A stretch of 64,000 bases of DNA, taken from the human T2T-CHM13v2.0 reference genome, Homo sapiens. The stretch lies in the NCBI RefSeq assembly GCF_009914755.1, contig NC_060942.1; one strand, written 5' to 3'. The stretch's first letter is position 1. Every line of letters begins with the position of its first letter. The translations under genes were made by a program, and so were the position numbers. This document shows, piece by piece, positions 16,445 through 42,410 of the stretch. The notes beneath the pieces were generated by a model. The model did no database searches. It was not told the origin of the DNA and worked only from the letters and a program-made list of their open reading frames with translations.

Positions 16445-16906
16445 CTAATAAAATTAGCCTGTTGCTGTTTCATGGATACTGGCAGAAGACACAAGACCCT
16501 CTGGGTCAGAAACAAAGACTTTATTACTCATGGCACATCAAACAGCATGAGTATCAGCATATTTGCATAGATTCCCTTTATCCTCAAGACCCACAGAGTT
16601 GATGTAATATGGCCTGGTTGAATGCTGTGAACAAAGTTGGTTTGCTTCACAGCTAAGGAACACCAAGCATGGAGAGTCTCCTTGTTTTATAGCAAGCAAT
16701 AAGGTAGCCTGCCCTTTATCTGAGGAATGACATCTTTATCTCAAGATTACCAGCTGCATAGACAACCCTGAAAAACAGAGCCTTGTCTGACAGCCCAAGG
16801 CACATGATATCTCTCAACAATAATACAGTAAATACCAAAAAGTATAACACAAACAAAAGCACTTTGGAGTTCCCAATAATTTTTAAGAGTATAAATTGCT
16901 GATCTG

Positions 16907-17128
16907 TAGCAGGGAACAGAAAACTTCTTATAGGGCCAGATGGTAAATATTTTAGCCATGTAGGCATTGCAGTCTCTGTTGCAACTACTAAACTTTACCA
17001 TAGTAGCATAAACTAGAAATAGACTGGAAATAGATTTACATAAATAAATGGGCATAGTGATGTACCAATAATTCTTTGTTTACAAAAACAGGGAACTGAC
17101 TTGCAGGCTATAATTTTCTGACCCCTAG
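16907..17128 (+). mobile_element. MER58A-type hAT element
   Basis: agggccagatggtaaatatttta...tctgttgcaactact...tgacccct. Confidence 0.7.
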
Positions 17129-17689
17129 ACTATATATAGCATTGGTTTATAGGTATGTAGCAATGTGATACAAACCTTATAGAGGAGGTTTCCTGAGCAC
17201 AGGGTTAAGCTGCATATGGAAGTAATTGGTCTTAGAGACCAGTTGAGAAGCCATATGCCACTTGGGGTATCCAATCCATTATTATTTAATAATAAATCAA
17301 TTTAAAAAGTACAGTTACATTCTCTTAAAAAAAAAAGAAAAGCCTCTGTTGGTCACACATTGCTTCCAACTACCACCTCATTTTGCAGCAAACAGCATGC
17401 ATTTCGTGATGGTGCCAGTTCCTTATGCCTGCCAAGTGCCATTGGTGGCACAGAGGAAGCAGGTGGATATGATGGGTCTTCTTAATAATAGCTAAGAAAC
17501 CCTGAACTTGGGGAATCTACCACTTTTGTAATAGGCAGTGAACAAGCTTCTTCTTTTTCTGCAGAAAGACGTGACCTTATTCCTCAGGGTTGTTGGCCAC
17601 TAATACAGTCCTGAGGAATAGCCCCATCAAGAGTGGTCAAGGCCATGCGTTCTTGGCACACCCAGAAAGAATGTGCACTCTAATTGTGA

Positions 17690-18590
<901 letters not shown>

Positions 18591-21283
18591 AGATAATAAC
18601 ATAATGCTGTCTACTTGATTCTCAGCTAGAAATATTCTCTCCCTTTGAACTTTTGAAGCATTAGTAATTCTTACAGCTTTTTAAAATTGTTTCATTTCTT
18701 CTGTTGACAATTTAGTAAGGGAAGTTTGTGTTTTAAGCATTCAAGTTTCATTTTACAGCAAACACTAATCCTATATTTTAGAGTGAAAACGTAATATTTA
18801 TAGCATTCGGATCATGAAATGATGCTTCTAAATGCCTACTTTGACTATAATCGTATTTTACTGATTTTTCAAAATAATATTTTATAGACATTTAGTGGCA
18901 GGAATTGAATATGTTCTTGCTTATTAGTTCTAAGATATTGGTATTTAAGTGTGTATCTAAGAAGTTGTACACATTTTTTAAAATATTCTTCCTTTCACTT
19001 ACAATATAGCTTGTAGATTTGTAGGAATGCCAGTCTGGCCATTAGCACTCAAATTTTATATTCAAAACTTTGTTTCAGTTTACTGTGTATTTCTTGAAAA
19101 GCTTGCATTTTTAAAGTTTTTAAATAAAATTAGCTCATAAAGAACATTGATGAAAACTGGCATCTAATATGCTGTGCATTGAAGTGGTTACTTAATTTAA
19201 AAGCTATTCTATACTATTTTAAGGAGACCCACCTGCATAGACTTAAGCCCCACCCTGATTAATGATGTTAATGATTAAGGGGCATGTTTTGCTCTTGTCA
19301 GTATGGGCCATAATGTTTCAAAATGGTAAGAATGTTAACTACGTCGTATACTTCTGAGCAATGTTTCTCAAAATGCATTTCTTTTCATGTTAACAGGTAT
19401 TAGGTAAACAAGCTCTCTAGCTAAGTAATTTTGTTAGCTATTTAAAGAAATTTAGTAAGTTTTGTTACCAAAGTACATCTGGATCTGCTAAAAAGCATTT
19501 AAATCTTCTAGAAGCAGGTAAAATAGTAGTCCCCAAGATTACTTGAACGTAGAGCCCTTTGATCATAAATCCTTTCTCTACTCTGATGTTTTGTGGGATT
19601 CACTTTGGAAAATGCTGCCATAAAAACTAAGAACCTCAGGGCTGAAAAGACTTTAAAAGCTGTTTAATATAATCCTCCAATTTATTGTTTCTGACAACAC
19701 TTGACCAGTTTTGCCTTCTGTTGTTTATACTTCAAAATAATGGAAATTGTGATTTATTTATTGTGAGTAGAGTTTTTTGCTCATTTCCACATCTCTTTTT
19801 CTTAGTGTGGGAGAGCTCATTGAAGATTTACTCTGGAAGTTAGCAAGCCTTCAGATGAGAAAAGCTGCTTTGCACTTGTTAGCAGAGACCTTGTCCTTCC
19901 TTAGGGTCACATAGCCTCATGGGAAGATTATTATTTTATAAGATATTAGGAAGTGCCATTGGTATCAGCATTTGTTGAAGGGAAGGGATCAGGATGGGGC
20001 AGAGGGAGACATTGGGCTGCATTGTAGTCGCAATAAAGGCTTCAGTTGACACCATGGAGTGCTCTGGATCTGTAGTGGCTCATCAGAGCTGTTCTAACTT
20101 GGGGTGAAGGGACTGCACATTGATACTCTTCGTCACTGAGTCAGTGTAGGCTGGCCCTGGAAGAGCACATGACCTTACCTGAGGGAGCTCTTGTTAACCA
20201 GGGAACCTTCCCAAGGGAGTTAAGAGCTGAGGGCTGTCTGCCATTACCACTTCCAGTAGCCACAGGAATAAGGTTTTTGTTTCTGGAGGTGTATGGGGCA
20301 GTATGTCACAGGATGCACTTCCGAGGTCTGTCAAGTGAGATTGTTTTTATCTCCTAACAACAAAGACCTGATGATGCTTAACACTTAAGATTGATTTTTC
20401 TCACATAATGAAAAGTCTGAAAGTAGGCAGATGCTGGTATTTGTCTCTTTTAGTCTTAGTCTTTTTCCATGCTCTCAAGATAGCTGCTAGACCTCTAGCC
20501 AATATGTCTGCATTCTAGGCAGTAAAGGTTCCTAGGAGCTTCACCCAGTGACTTCCACCTGTGTATACCTATTTGTAAGAGAAGCTAGGAAGTGACATTT
20601 TTCAGTAGTCACATTGCCTAGAGTTCTGTCACAAAGGAAGAATGGATATTAGGGTTGTCAGCTAATAGTCTTTGCTGCAGAAAATCATCATTAATCTGAG
20701 GAGGCAGGTAGGAAAAGCATTGCAAAACTACCAGTCATTATTGAAGTGGACTGGGGTGGGTGATGGGGCAAGGGAGGGTGGGGATCTGAGTGTGGCAAGA
20801 ACAGGATAGATTTTAGAAAACAAGTCAGGTGGGTAAGAGTTAAAGATTTTGACATTAAGAATTGGAAGAAGTGGATAGGAAAGTCACCAGAAATGTGCAG
20901 GGTGACTTTAAAGGCCCAGTGAAGTTTTTGGATAAACCACTACCTGAAGCCACTAACTATGTACTTCCTCTCTGGGTAGCAACTAGTTACCAAAAAACAA
21001 ACAAACAAACCTAGTAGCAAATAGATTTCAAAGTCATGCCAGGCTGAAGGCTTTACCTTTGATCTTGGTGAAATTTCAAGGCCACAAAATTTAATTTAGA
21101 AGTTTCAACAGCTACTTATATTAATCCTCTGAAATATAATGGCATAGAAAAATTATATAAAGTAAAAATAATCTTTTGCTAACCAGAATAGTATATTGTT
21201 ATATAATGTAATATAAATGGTGTGTTTTCATGTTTATGTCCTAAAATCTCCTTTGAGATCTCTTTCCCATAATCATAATACTA

Positions 21284-21629
<346 letters not shown>

Positions 21630-21699
21630 TTAATGCCAGTGAAAGGATAGACCTTTGTGTTTGTTCTTTTTACTCTGTAATCATCCTAGGAAAGGGGCA

Positions 21700-22180
21700 T
21701 GTGGCAGCATAGTGTATCAAGTTAAAAGCTTGGCTTGTTGATTCAGACCACGGTTTCAAAGCTTAGCTCTTCTGCTTACTCTCTGCATGATCTTGGCCAA
21801 GATTACTTGAGTCAGTAATTCACCAACAGCTGATTTTGTCCCACCTAAAAGACATTTGACAATGTCTTTGACAAGAGATATGTTTGGTTGTCACAACTGG
21901 GGTGGGAGTTGCTGCTGGCATTTAGTTTGTGGAGGCAGCTAAAAATCCCACAATACACAGGACAGCCCTCACAACAGAGGATTAGCTGGCCCAAAATGTG
22001 AACAGTGATGATATTGAGAAAGCCTATTTTAACCTTTCCAAACCTCCATTTCTACATCCAAGAATTGGGGTTAGTAACAGTACCTATTTAATCATTTTTG
22101 TGATGGTTAGATGAGATAATCCATGTAAAATGCCTAACCTAGTGCCTGACACATAAGTGTTCTGTTAATATAAAATTTAA
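21700..22180 (+). mobile_element. MIR interrupted by MER20 (~21810-22025)
   Basis: MIR core (tgatcttggccaag...; aatgcctaacctagtgcctgacacataagtg) and MER20 (ttggttgtcacaactgg...ggacagccctcacaacagag...cccaaaatgt). Confidence 0.7.
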
Positions 22181-22571
22181 AATCTTATTACCATCAGGAG
22201 TACTAATCTGGATATTTAGGCTGAATTAAAAGAATATGCTGCCTTCTACCCATAGCCATGCAGCCAGGAAAATCCATTTGCATTTTTCCTTCATCTGATG
22301 AAAATGTGTAAAGAACAAAGAAAAGAGGAAAGGAATAGAAGCCCTTCTTGCTTAAGAGTCAAAGATGATAACAAATCAATTAGGTTACCACTATACTTAT
22401 TCTAAAATCTACAAAAATAGTGCTCAGCCCAACTTAGGTAAATAGCTTTCTTCATGTTGATGTCATTTTTTTCCCCTCTCTTTGCTTTCTTCTTTTTGTG
22501 CCATATTGTAAAGTTATAGCTCCTTGCCTCTCCACATCTTTTCAAGTTTCAGCTTTTTAAAATCTTTTCTG

Positions 22572-23260
<689 letters not shown>

Positions 23261-23469
23261 AAAATAAAAACCATGCCACCATTACAGACTATTCTGATAG
23301 TAACCAAATGAGCTACTGAAATGTTTGCTATGTTTTCAAATCTGTAATTTTCATTTGGTAATTTTATTAAGGTATACTGGAGTAAACTCCAAACCTCTAA
23401 ACTTTACTTAGTAACCATAAATTCATTCCTACTGCAATGATATTAATAAATTAACTTTTATTTTTCAAG

Positions 23470-23589
23470 GCAAATGCAATAGGCCGAAGTGCTAAAACTG
23501 TTCGAGAATTTCTAGAAAAGAATTACACAGAAGATGCCATAGCAAGTGACAGTGAAGCTATCAAGTTAGCAATAAAAGCTTTGCTAGAA
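23470..23589 (+). CDS. PSMA8: PSMA8 coding exon (probably exon 5)
   Basis: tttttcaag|GCAAAT...CTAGAA|gtaagt; 120 nt; [40 protein letters not shown]. Confidence 0.96.
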
Positions 23590-23707
23590 GTAAGTGATCT
23601 AATAAAGCATATTCAGGAAATCATGAATTTTTTTTCCTCATCCATTTTTGTTTATTAAACACAAAATTTGCTGAAATAATTCTAATAGTGTACTTGTTCT
23701 ACATTAG

Positions 23708-23770
23708 GTTGTCCAGTCTGGTGGAAAAAACATTGAACTTGCTATAATAAGAAGAAATCAACCTTTGAAG
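23708..23770 (+). CDS. PSMA8: PSMA8 coding exon (probably exon 6)
   Basis: acattag|GTTGTC...TTGAAG|gtaagt; 63 nt; VVQSGGKNIELAIIRRNQPLK; preceded by a 118-nt intron. Confidence 0.95.
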
Positions 23771-23916
23771 GTAAGTCATTAACCAAAGAGGAAAAAGTAT
23801 CTGTAGTATAAAGTATTTTGACAAAAGTTAAAAAGTTGTTGGCCTCTAGGCTTCCGATATAATGTTATCCTTCATTAATGTCAAATAACCTCCACTCATT
23901 TCTGACCGTCTACCGG

Positions 23917-24893
23917 TTTTTTGTTTGTTTTTTGTGTTTTTTTTTTTTTTTTAAATAGAGACGGGATTTCACCACATTGCCCAGGCTGGCCTCTAACTCC
24001 TAGAATCAAGCGATCAGCCCGCCTTGGCCTCCAGTGCTGGGATTACAACTGTGAGCCACCGCAGTCGTCCTGTCTACTGATTTTTATGTATTTCCATTAC
24101 TTTACATTTGAAAGTGCCTTGAGCGTCTTGTGAGACTTAAACTTTAATACGTAGCACGATAACCTTTCCATATTTCTTTGTGGCAAGTCTCATGTTATTA
24201 TATGTATAACGTCTGTCAGCCGTTATGGGTTAAAACTGCTGGACTACAAAATAAAATGTTCAGGATATTGTGATAGAGGACCCACTGGCTAAAGAGCATT
24301 TGAAATGTAGTTCACTATTGTTCATTAGGTAGAACCAACTGTACAACATAGTTTGCCAGCTAGCTCTCTTTAGCTGAGATTGTAAAAAAGCACTCAAAAT
24401 TTGGGAAACTATATAAGAAATATACTTAAAGGATTGTTTTATACTCAAATATGGCAGTGTACGCCTGTAATCCCAGCTACTCGAGAGACTGAGGTGGGAG
24501 GATCACTTGAGGTCAGGAGTTCAAGACCAGCCTTGGCAAGGTAACAAGACCCCCATCTCTATGAAAAAAAAAAATTAAAAATTAAATTAAAAAAAAAAAA
24601 AGGATTGTTGCCAGATGCGGTGGCTCACACCTGTAATCCCAGCACTCTGGGAGGCTGAGGCGGATGGATCACTTGAGGTCAGGAGTTCAAGACTAGCCTG
24701 GCCAACATAGTGAAACCCCGTCTCTACTAAAAATACAAAAAAAATAGCTGGGCGTGGTGGCAGACGCCTGTGATCCCAGCTGCTTGGAAGGCTGAGGCAG
24801 GAGAATCACTTCAACCCGGGAGGCGGAAGTTGCAGTGAGCTGAGATTATGCCAGTGATCTGGGCAACAGACCAAGACTCCATCTCAAAAAAAA
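23917..24893. mobile_element. Alu group: monomer 23917-24066 (-), partial 24455-24600 (+), AluS 24610-24893 (+)
   Basis: Alu consensus matches. Confidence 0.82.
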
Positions 24894-25334
24894 TTATTTT
24901 GAAGATTGTTTTACATATATCTTTTCTTTGGTTTTAAGGAAAATATTTCAAGTAGTGTTAAAATTAGTGCCATCTGGAGCACTGGGGTTTTTTGTTTGTT
25001 TGTTTCTGTTTTTGTTTTTGTCATCATGGTTGCTTTGACATCAATTTCCTACCCTTTATTATTCAACTAACAGATGGGATATGAGGATAAGACAGCAGCA
25101 AAGTTTCAATAAATAAGAGAAATGGGGACAAGACAGTGGAGCTTGCCCCTGCAGAGCCCCACATAAATTACAGAGTGCTGAGCACAGAGTGTGGAAATGG
25201 GTATTATCCAGGTTTTTGTCACCCCTGCTGCTAAGAGCCCAGGGACAGATGCAGCAACACCACAAGGGCACAGAAACCACTGAGGCCAGAGTTTGCCTCT
25301 TCTGCTCCATAATATACCTATGCATATAAAAATA

Positions 25335-25336
<2 letters not shown>

Positions 25337-25370
<34 letters not shown>
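25337..25370. repeat. (CA)17 microsatellite
   Basis: Direct read of the sequence. Confidence 0.95.
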
Positions 25371-25374
<4 letters not shown>

Positions 25375-25697
25375 TATATGCATATTTTTGCTTTTGAGTG
25401 ATAGAATGGTATGCTTACTGACAGCAGTGTTATACTGTCTTCCACATGATACTTTAGGATAGGCTATGTAGGGAATAGAACACATGCTTTGGAGTTGGTA
25501 GACTAGGATTAAGTTCCAGCAGATACATTTGTTTAACAACATGACCTTGAGCAAATTGCTCTCATCTTCAGCTTTCAGTTTTCTTCCCTATAAAATGAGT
25601 CTAACGATACCTTCATCAAAGGGCCGTTGTGATAAGTAAATGAAATGGTGTGAGATGGTAGTATCCTTTTATAGTAAGTGCTCGTTAAATGGTGTTT

Positions 25698-28833
<3,136 letters not shown>

Positions 28834-29096
28834 TATGTGTATTCATAAACAGAGAGAGAATATCAATATGTAGTCTGTTTCAGTCATTTATTCTGGCTTA
28901 AAGCAGCTGTATCTTTTTACCTTAGATGAAAAATTTAAAAAGAACGTAAAGAATGTTATGTAAAGCTTGTCATTTTCTACAACTATAAACAAAAAATTTA
29001 CCTTTCACTGTAATCTTAGGCCACCAAAATATGAGGAGAAGTGAGTTTGTCAGTAGTAATACTAAGCACTCTTTCTCCTTCCTCTATTCCTTCTCA

Positions 29097-29748
<652 letters not shown>

Positions 29749-30600
29749 GTTGTTTTTGGCAGACATTTGAAAATTGTTTCTACTGAAAATGAAAATTCTC
29801 CTTGGAAAAAAATTAGTTCCCATTGACCTGAGGAGAAATTAAGCAGAGGTTAATGTGTTAGAACAAATGCTTTTGTCTATAAGTTAAAACAAAAAAACTC
29901 CAACTCATAGTGACTTAAAGAACAAGAAATCGTTTTTTCTCACAGATGAAAGTATAAACCTGCTCCAGACACAGTGTGTTTAACAACACAACGATGTTCT
30001 CATGTATCTAGATTTTTCCTGTCCCTCCACTCTGCAACTTTGAATATTGGCTTCATCCTAAAGTTAGTGTGTTCTAGTAAGGTTGATTCCTCTCATGACC
30101 ACCAGAGGCAATCAGAATGATTTATTTTCCTGTTAACCTTTTATAGGAGAGGGAGAACTTCCCTAACTCTGGAATGTAAGTCCTTCCCTTCAATCTGATT
30201 GGAAGACTGAAGACATCCTTAGAACAGTCTCTAGAAGATTCTGTTTGCTGGTTGGCTAATGTTAAGCACTGATATAGAATGGATGTTTGGGGAATCAACC
30301 ATAATGTATTCTCTAGGAAGTTTTTCAAATGTCTTCAGAGTCTGAAATTGCTTAATTGAAAATTATTTTAAAATAGACTTGCGTCTGGTTTTAAACCAGT
30401 TTTGCCAAATTTCAATGTATATAGAAATAGTTTCAATTTTGTTTCTTTACAGAGTTTTAATTTGTGGATCTTGAATAACTTATTTGTTTTCATTTTTAAT
30501 GGACTCCACATGAAAATATTACAAATCCTATTGCATTCTCAATTTTGATAAATCTTTGTGTGGGATACAGTTCAGTGAAGTGATCAAAAATGGAGCTCTG

Positions 30601-35405
<4,805 letters not shown>

Positions 35406-35988
35406 AAGTGAAAGACACTTTTTCAAAGGAGGAAATTATTTCTTCCCCAAGTAATACCACATCACTTTATTCAGGTTTGTATTGTAATGATCTATTTATA
35501 TGCCAGTTTTTTTCCACTAAACTGTGGACTCCTTAATAGCAGGTAAGAATTATATTCTTCCACTTTCAGAGCCCATGGAACTCCTAGTAATTGCTTGATG
35601 GGTAAATTCATTTCATAAAACGTTCAAATAATATATTTTATGTAGATTATTGACAAATACAGATTTTGTGACACACATCTTTATAGGTGAAATGGAAAGA
35701 GTTCTGGAGTTGAAATAAGAATCAGAGACCTAATCTTTAATCCTTCTTTAATCTTTGGCCAAATATAATTTAGCTTTGTGAATCTATGTTTTCTTATATG
35801 TAAATTCTAGTGATGGACTAATAGCTAAAATCCTTTACATCTCTAATATCTTTGAAAATTTGCCTTTCCATAAAGTTGATCATTCATTTATCAATTTAAT
35901 AGATACCTCTTTTCAGTATTAAGATCATTATATTTAGATTTTTGTATATAAATGTATTAACTTCACTGAAGTTAATAATTGCTGTCTT

Positions 35989-36397
35989 GGCCAGGCACGG
36001 TGGCTCAGGCCTGTAATCCCAGCACTTTGGGAGGCTGAGGCGGGCAGATCACTTGAGGTCAGGAGTTCAAGACCAGCCTGGCCAACATGGCAAAACCCTG
36101 TCTGTACTGAAAATGCAAATCTCTCTACTAAAAATAACAAAAATCAGTCAGGCGTGGTAGCACACACCTGTAGTCCCAGCTACTGAGGAGACTGAGGTGG
36201 GAGAATCGCTTGAACCCGGCAGGCAGAGGTTGCAATCACATCACTGCAGTCCAGCCTGGGCGACAGGGTGAGACCCTGTCTGAAAAAAAAAGAAAAAGAA
36301 AATGGCAGCCTGGTCTCGAACCCCTGACCTCAACTGATCCACCCACCTCGGCCTCCCAAAGTGCTGGGATTACAGGCCTGAGTCACCAGGTTTGGCC
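35989..36397. mobile_element. Composite Alu insertion: full + Alu (35989-36302) plus inverted Alu 5' fragment (36304-36397) inside one 15-bp TSD
   Basis: AATAATTGCTGTCTT at 35974-35988 and 36398-36412. Confidence 0.85.
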
Positions 36398-36961
36398 AAT
36401 AATTGCTGTCTTATAGCCGCAAGCATGTAACCTTGGATCTACTTGTGAACAGTACAACAGAAAATCAAACTACACTGCAAATTCTTAGAAAAATAAAACC
36501 TTTTTTGCTTTCTACTTAGACATAAAGTAGCATAAATTATCTTTTCCCATTTCATTTCGCTATTCTATAAACTGATCAAATTATTAAACCCTATCAGAGA
36601 ATCACACAGTAGGGTGCAGTTGGGAGAGTTAAATAATGAGTCTTTGTTCATGAATAAAATTAAGCCTCGCATTAAAATGTTTTTGGAGTTATATGCACAT
36701 ATAGGATATATAACGCAATATCACCTTTTGTCCTGCTTTCTTTTTTAGCACAGTGATAGTAGAAATGTCAGAGATCTGGTTTTGCCCATAATTGTTATTG
36801 CTCTTAGACCTCTTGAAATGCTTCATTGTATATTTGAAGTTACAAAATATAAAGTTGTACATAGAAAGTATAAATTTATTAAATATTGGAATTCTTCATA
36901 TTGTATTTACATATTATTCGTATAACTGACATTTGATCTTTAAATTTTTTTCTCTTTTCAG

Positions 36962-37054
36962 ATGTTTAGTGCAAAAGAAGTTGAATTATATGTAACTGAA
37001 ATAGAAAAGGAAAAGGAAGAAGCAGAGAAGAAAAAATCAAAGAAATCTGTCTAA
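36962..37054 (+). CDS. PSMA8: PSMA8 terminal coding exon
   Basis: tttttttctcttttcag|ATGTTT...GTC TAA; MFSAKEVELYVTEIEKEKEEAEKKKSKKSV*; C-terminus fits PSMA8 rather than PSMA7; four phase-0 exons join in frame. Confidence 0.95.
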   Translation: MFSAKEVELYVTEIEKEKEEAEKKKSKKSV

Positions 37055-37532
37055 TTCTTAGGATGACCACTGGGAGGTCTTAATGTTTTGTTTTATTGTA
37101 CTGCCTGAGGTTGTTTAGTGAAATTTTAGAGGAAAACAGTTATTTTGCAGCATTACATGCAGTACTTGTGTGATGTTTTGAGAATGCCAGATCTGTGGCT
37201 GTCTTCATTCTATTACATAGTCAAACATAGGTTTATGTGAAGATTTTCTTTGAAAGGGGATTTCAGTAATTGTTGAGAGCAGTCATAATTCCACATAAGC
37301 CTGAGACTCTATAATTTGTCCAGTGTCTTACTTACCTTCATATATGCAAATATAATTTTAAAAAATTTTTTAATTAAAAAAATTTAATAATTTGGTGATG
37401 TTTGAATATTGACTGTCAGTTAAGGACATAGCTATTCCAAATAAACTAAATATAATATTGAGCTGCATTTCTCAAAGAATGACAAAAGCATCCTTATACT
37501 GATGAGTTCTTAAAATTTTGTCAGAGCCTTCT

Positions 37533-37619
37533 TCATTTTACAATATTTTGTTATTTTTATTTTACCTTTTTCATTTTACAATATTTCGTTATTTTTATTT
37601 TACCTTTTTCATTTTACAA
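37533..37619. repeat. 38-bp tandem repeat (2.3 copies) in the PSMA8 3' UTR
   Basis: TCATTTTACAATATTT(T/C)GTTATTTTTATTTTACCTTTT x2 plus a partial copy. Confidence 0.9.
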
Positions 37620-37977
37620 GTTGCAATATATTGTTTCGTTCATGGAACAAATATAGGCTGAATTCAAACATGCAATTAAAGCATGGGAAGAGCTTCTAAG
37701 GGCATCTTAACAGGATGCTACATGAAAATAAGGAAAGAAATTAATACATATCACTTTTAGTTTAGATTTTTATTTTATCTCAAGTATGTCCAGTGTGTTC
37801 GGTTTGTTACATATTCCATGAAATATCTGAGTGTGTATTTTATGATTGGTATTATGGAAGGCTTATTGGGGGAACAAGAAAAATATAAAAAGTGATCTCT
37901 GCCCACGGAAAGGATTTAATCCAAATGGTCCACAAGAGGAATGTGCTTAATTCCTACAGTGAGTTTATATTTTTGAA

Positions 37978-37983
37978 AATAAA
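37978..37983 (+). terminator. PSMA8: Likely PSMA8 polyadenylation signal (a proximal AATAAA also at 37439-37444)
   Basis: AATAAA followed by a T/GT-rich downstream element (ttctttctgttgtttt). Confidence 0.6.
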
Positions 37984-38329
37984 AGCTAGTAAATATTCTT
38001 TCTGTTGTTTTAATTAATTGTTTATTTATTTCAGAGATGAGGTCTCACTATGTTGCCCAGGCTGGTCTCAAACTCCTGGCTTCAAGCAATCCTCCCACCT
38101 CCACCACCCAAAGTGCTGGGATTACAGGCTGAGCCACTGCACCTGGTCTTAATGTTCTTTTTTGAAAACGAGGGGAGAGGTTCAGTTTTTGCAGAGGAAT
38201 GAAAATAGTAGGGGAAGGCCAGGCGTGGTGGCTCATGCCTGTAATCCCAGCACTTTGGGAGGCTGAGATGGGCGGACCACTTGAGGCCAGGAGTTCGGAA
38301 CCAGCTGGCCAACATGGCGAAACCCCGAG

Positions 38330-38908
38330 TGGGGTGGGGTTGGTTTTGGGATGAAACTGTTCCACCTCAGATCATCAGGCATTCGAGTCTCGTAAGGAGC
38401 CCACAATCCCTTGCATGTGCAGTTTACAGCAGGTTTCACACTCCGATGAGAATCTTTTTTTTTTTTTTGAGACGAGTCTCGCTGTGTCACCCAGGCTGGA
38501 GTGCAGTGGCGCAATCTCGCTCCCTGCAACCTCCGCCTCTCAGGTTCAAGTGATTCTCCTGCCATAGCCTCTCAAGCAGCTGGAACTACAGGCATGTGCT
38601 ATCACGACCAGCTAATTTTTGTATTTTTAGTAGAGTCGGGGTTTCGCCATGTTGGCCAGGCTGGTCTTGAACTCCTGGCCTCAGGTGACCACCTGCCTCG
38701 GCCTCCCAAAGTGCTGGGATTACAGGCGTGAGCCACCGTGCCCGGCCTCCTATGAGAATTGTTACTGCCGCCACTGATCTCACAGGTGACAGAGCTCATG
38801 TGGTAATGCTCGCTCCCCCCACCCCCCTACTCACCTCCTCCTGTGCAGCCGGGTTCCTAACAGGCCACAAGCCAGTACTGATCCACGGCCCTGGGGTTGG
38901 GGACCCCC
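38330..38908 (+). mobile_element. MER1B-type hAT element split by a minus-strand Alu (38455-38745); 5' end abuts an Alu left arm (38217-38327)
   Basis: gggatgaaactgttccacctcagatcatcaggcatt...ggggttggggacccc; Alu TSD CTCC(G/T)ATGAGAAT. Confidence 0.8.
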
Positions 38909-39721
38909 GATCTAAGGGATATGGTTGTAATTCCATCCCTTATTTTTTTACTTGACAAGTACTCATACAATACCACAGTCACTGCATGCCAGACACTGTT
39001 TAGATTACTTGCAAATATTAACATTTAATTATCTTAACAACTCTGAGACAAGTTTTATAATGTATGCCCATGGTGCTGATGCTTATAGTGCTTTGCCACC
39101 ACAAGTGTCCATCAGAATGGAAACATTTCTCATTGCTCACCAATCTCTCCCTCACAAGGATGTATCATGAGAGGCAAGAGGTTTTTTTGAATCTCACTAG
39201 CTTTATTACTCCTGTGACTCAGTTCTTCTTAGTTATCAGAGTCTAATTGGTTTTAGCTCAACTGATTTATTCTACTTTGGAAATCATAGCATTATTTTGG
39301 TCAGGTTTCACTGATCCATACAAAACGATTTTCTATTTAATGTGAAGTTCTTTTGTTTGTTTGGTTTTTTGTTTGTTTGTTTTTAGATGAGGCCTCTGTC
39401 ACCCAGGCTGGAGTAGTGATGCCACCTTGGCTCACTGCAACTTCTGCCTCCCAGGTTCAAGCAATCCTCCCACCTCAGGCTCCTGAGTAGCTGGGACTAC
39501 AGCTGCTCGCCACCACACCCTGTTAATTTTTTGTATTTTTTAGCAGAGACAGGGTTTTACCATGTTGCACAGGCTGGACTCGAACTCCTGAAGTCAAGAG
39601 ATACATACACCCAACTCGGCCTCCCAAAGTGCTGGGATTACAGGCATGAGCCACTGTGACCAGCCCTAATGTGAAGTTTGAACCAAAAAAAATTCAAACG
39701 TTATTGCTATTTAAAATGTTA

Positions 39722-40960
<1,239 letters not shown>

Positions 40961-41189
40961 AAATGAAATGTTACTTTTATTTTATTGAGAGAAAAAAACC
41001 CCAATATTCAAGTGCTTTATGTTTTTTCTCTCTCATGTCACCACGGTGAGATGATCACAAATACTTGATTTTAGGAATTACCTAAACAACTTATCTTTCC
41101 AGCATTAGATTACGGTTAAGTGGGTAGACAGAAAAATCTGTCACTATAGGTATGGAAATGCTGGATAACATCTAACAAATATGCTTTTA

Positions 41190-41336
<147 letters not shown>

Positions 41337-41802
41337 TTAGCTGGGTGTGGTGGTGCACATCTGTAGCTCCAGCTACTTAGCAGGCTGAGACAGGAGGATC
41401 ACTTGAGCCCAGGAAGTGGCTGCAGTGAGCCATGATCCTGCCACTATACTCCAGTTCTGGGCAACAGAGAGACACCCTGTCTCAAAAAAATTGTAAATAC
41501 ATACAGATGTACATACATATATATGTACATAAGTAAACTCACAAGAAGGGATGGGAAATCCGGGACTGAAAACAGAAAGTTATGAAAATCAGAGAAGCAG
41601 CTGAGCAGATGCTGGTTCTGCTGTGTATACGGTTGTGTTGGCACAGGGAATAAGCATAATAGAGACTAGAAACACCCAGACGCTTACTGGATACTTGGTT
41701 TATGGCAGTTAGCATTGCATCAATGGGCAAAGGATAAGCTCTTCAATACACAATGATAGGACGACTGGTTATTCATTTGAAAAGAAAGAAAATTGAACCT
41801 CT

Positions 41803-42410
<608 letters not shown>

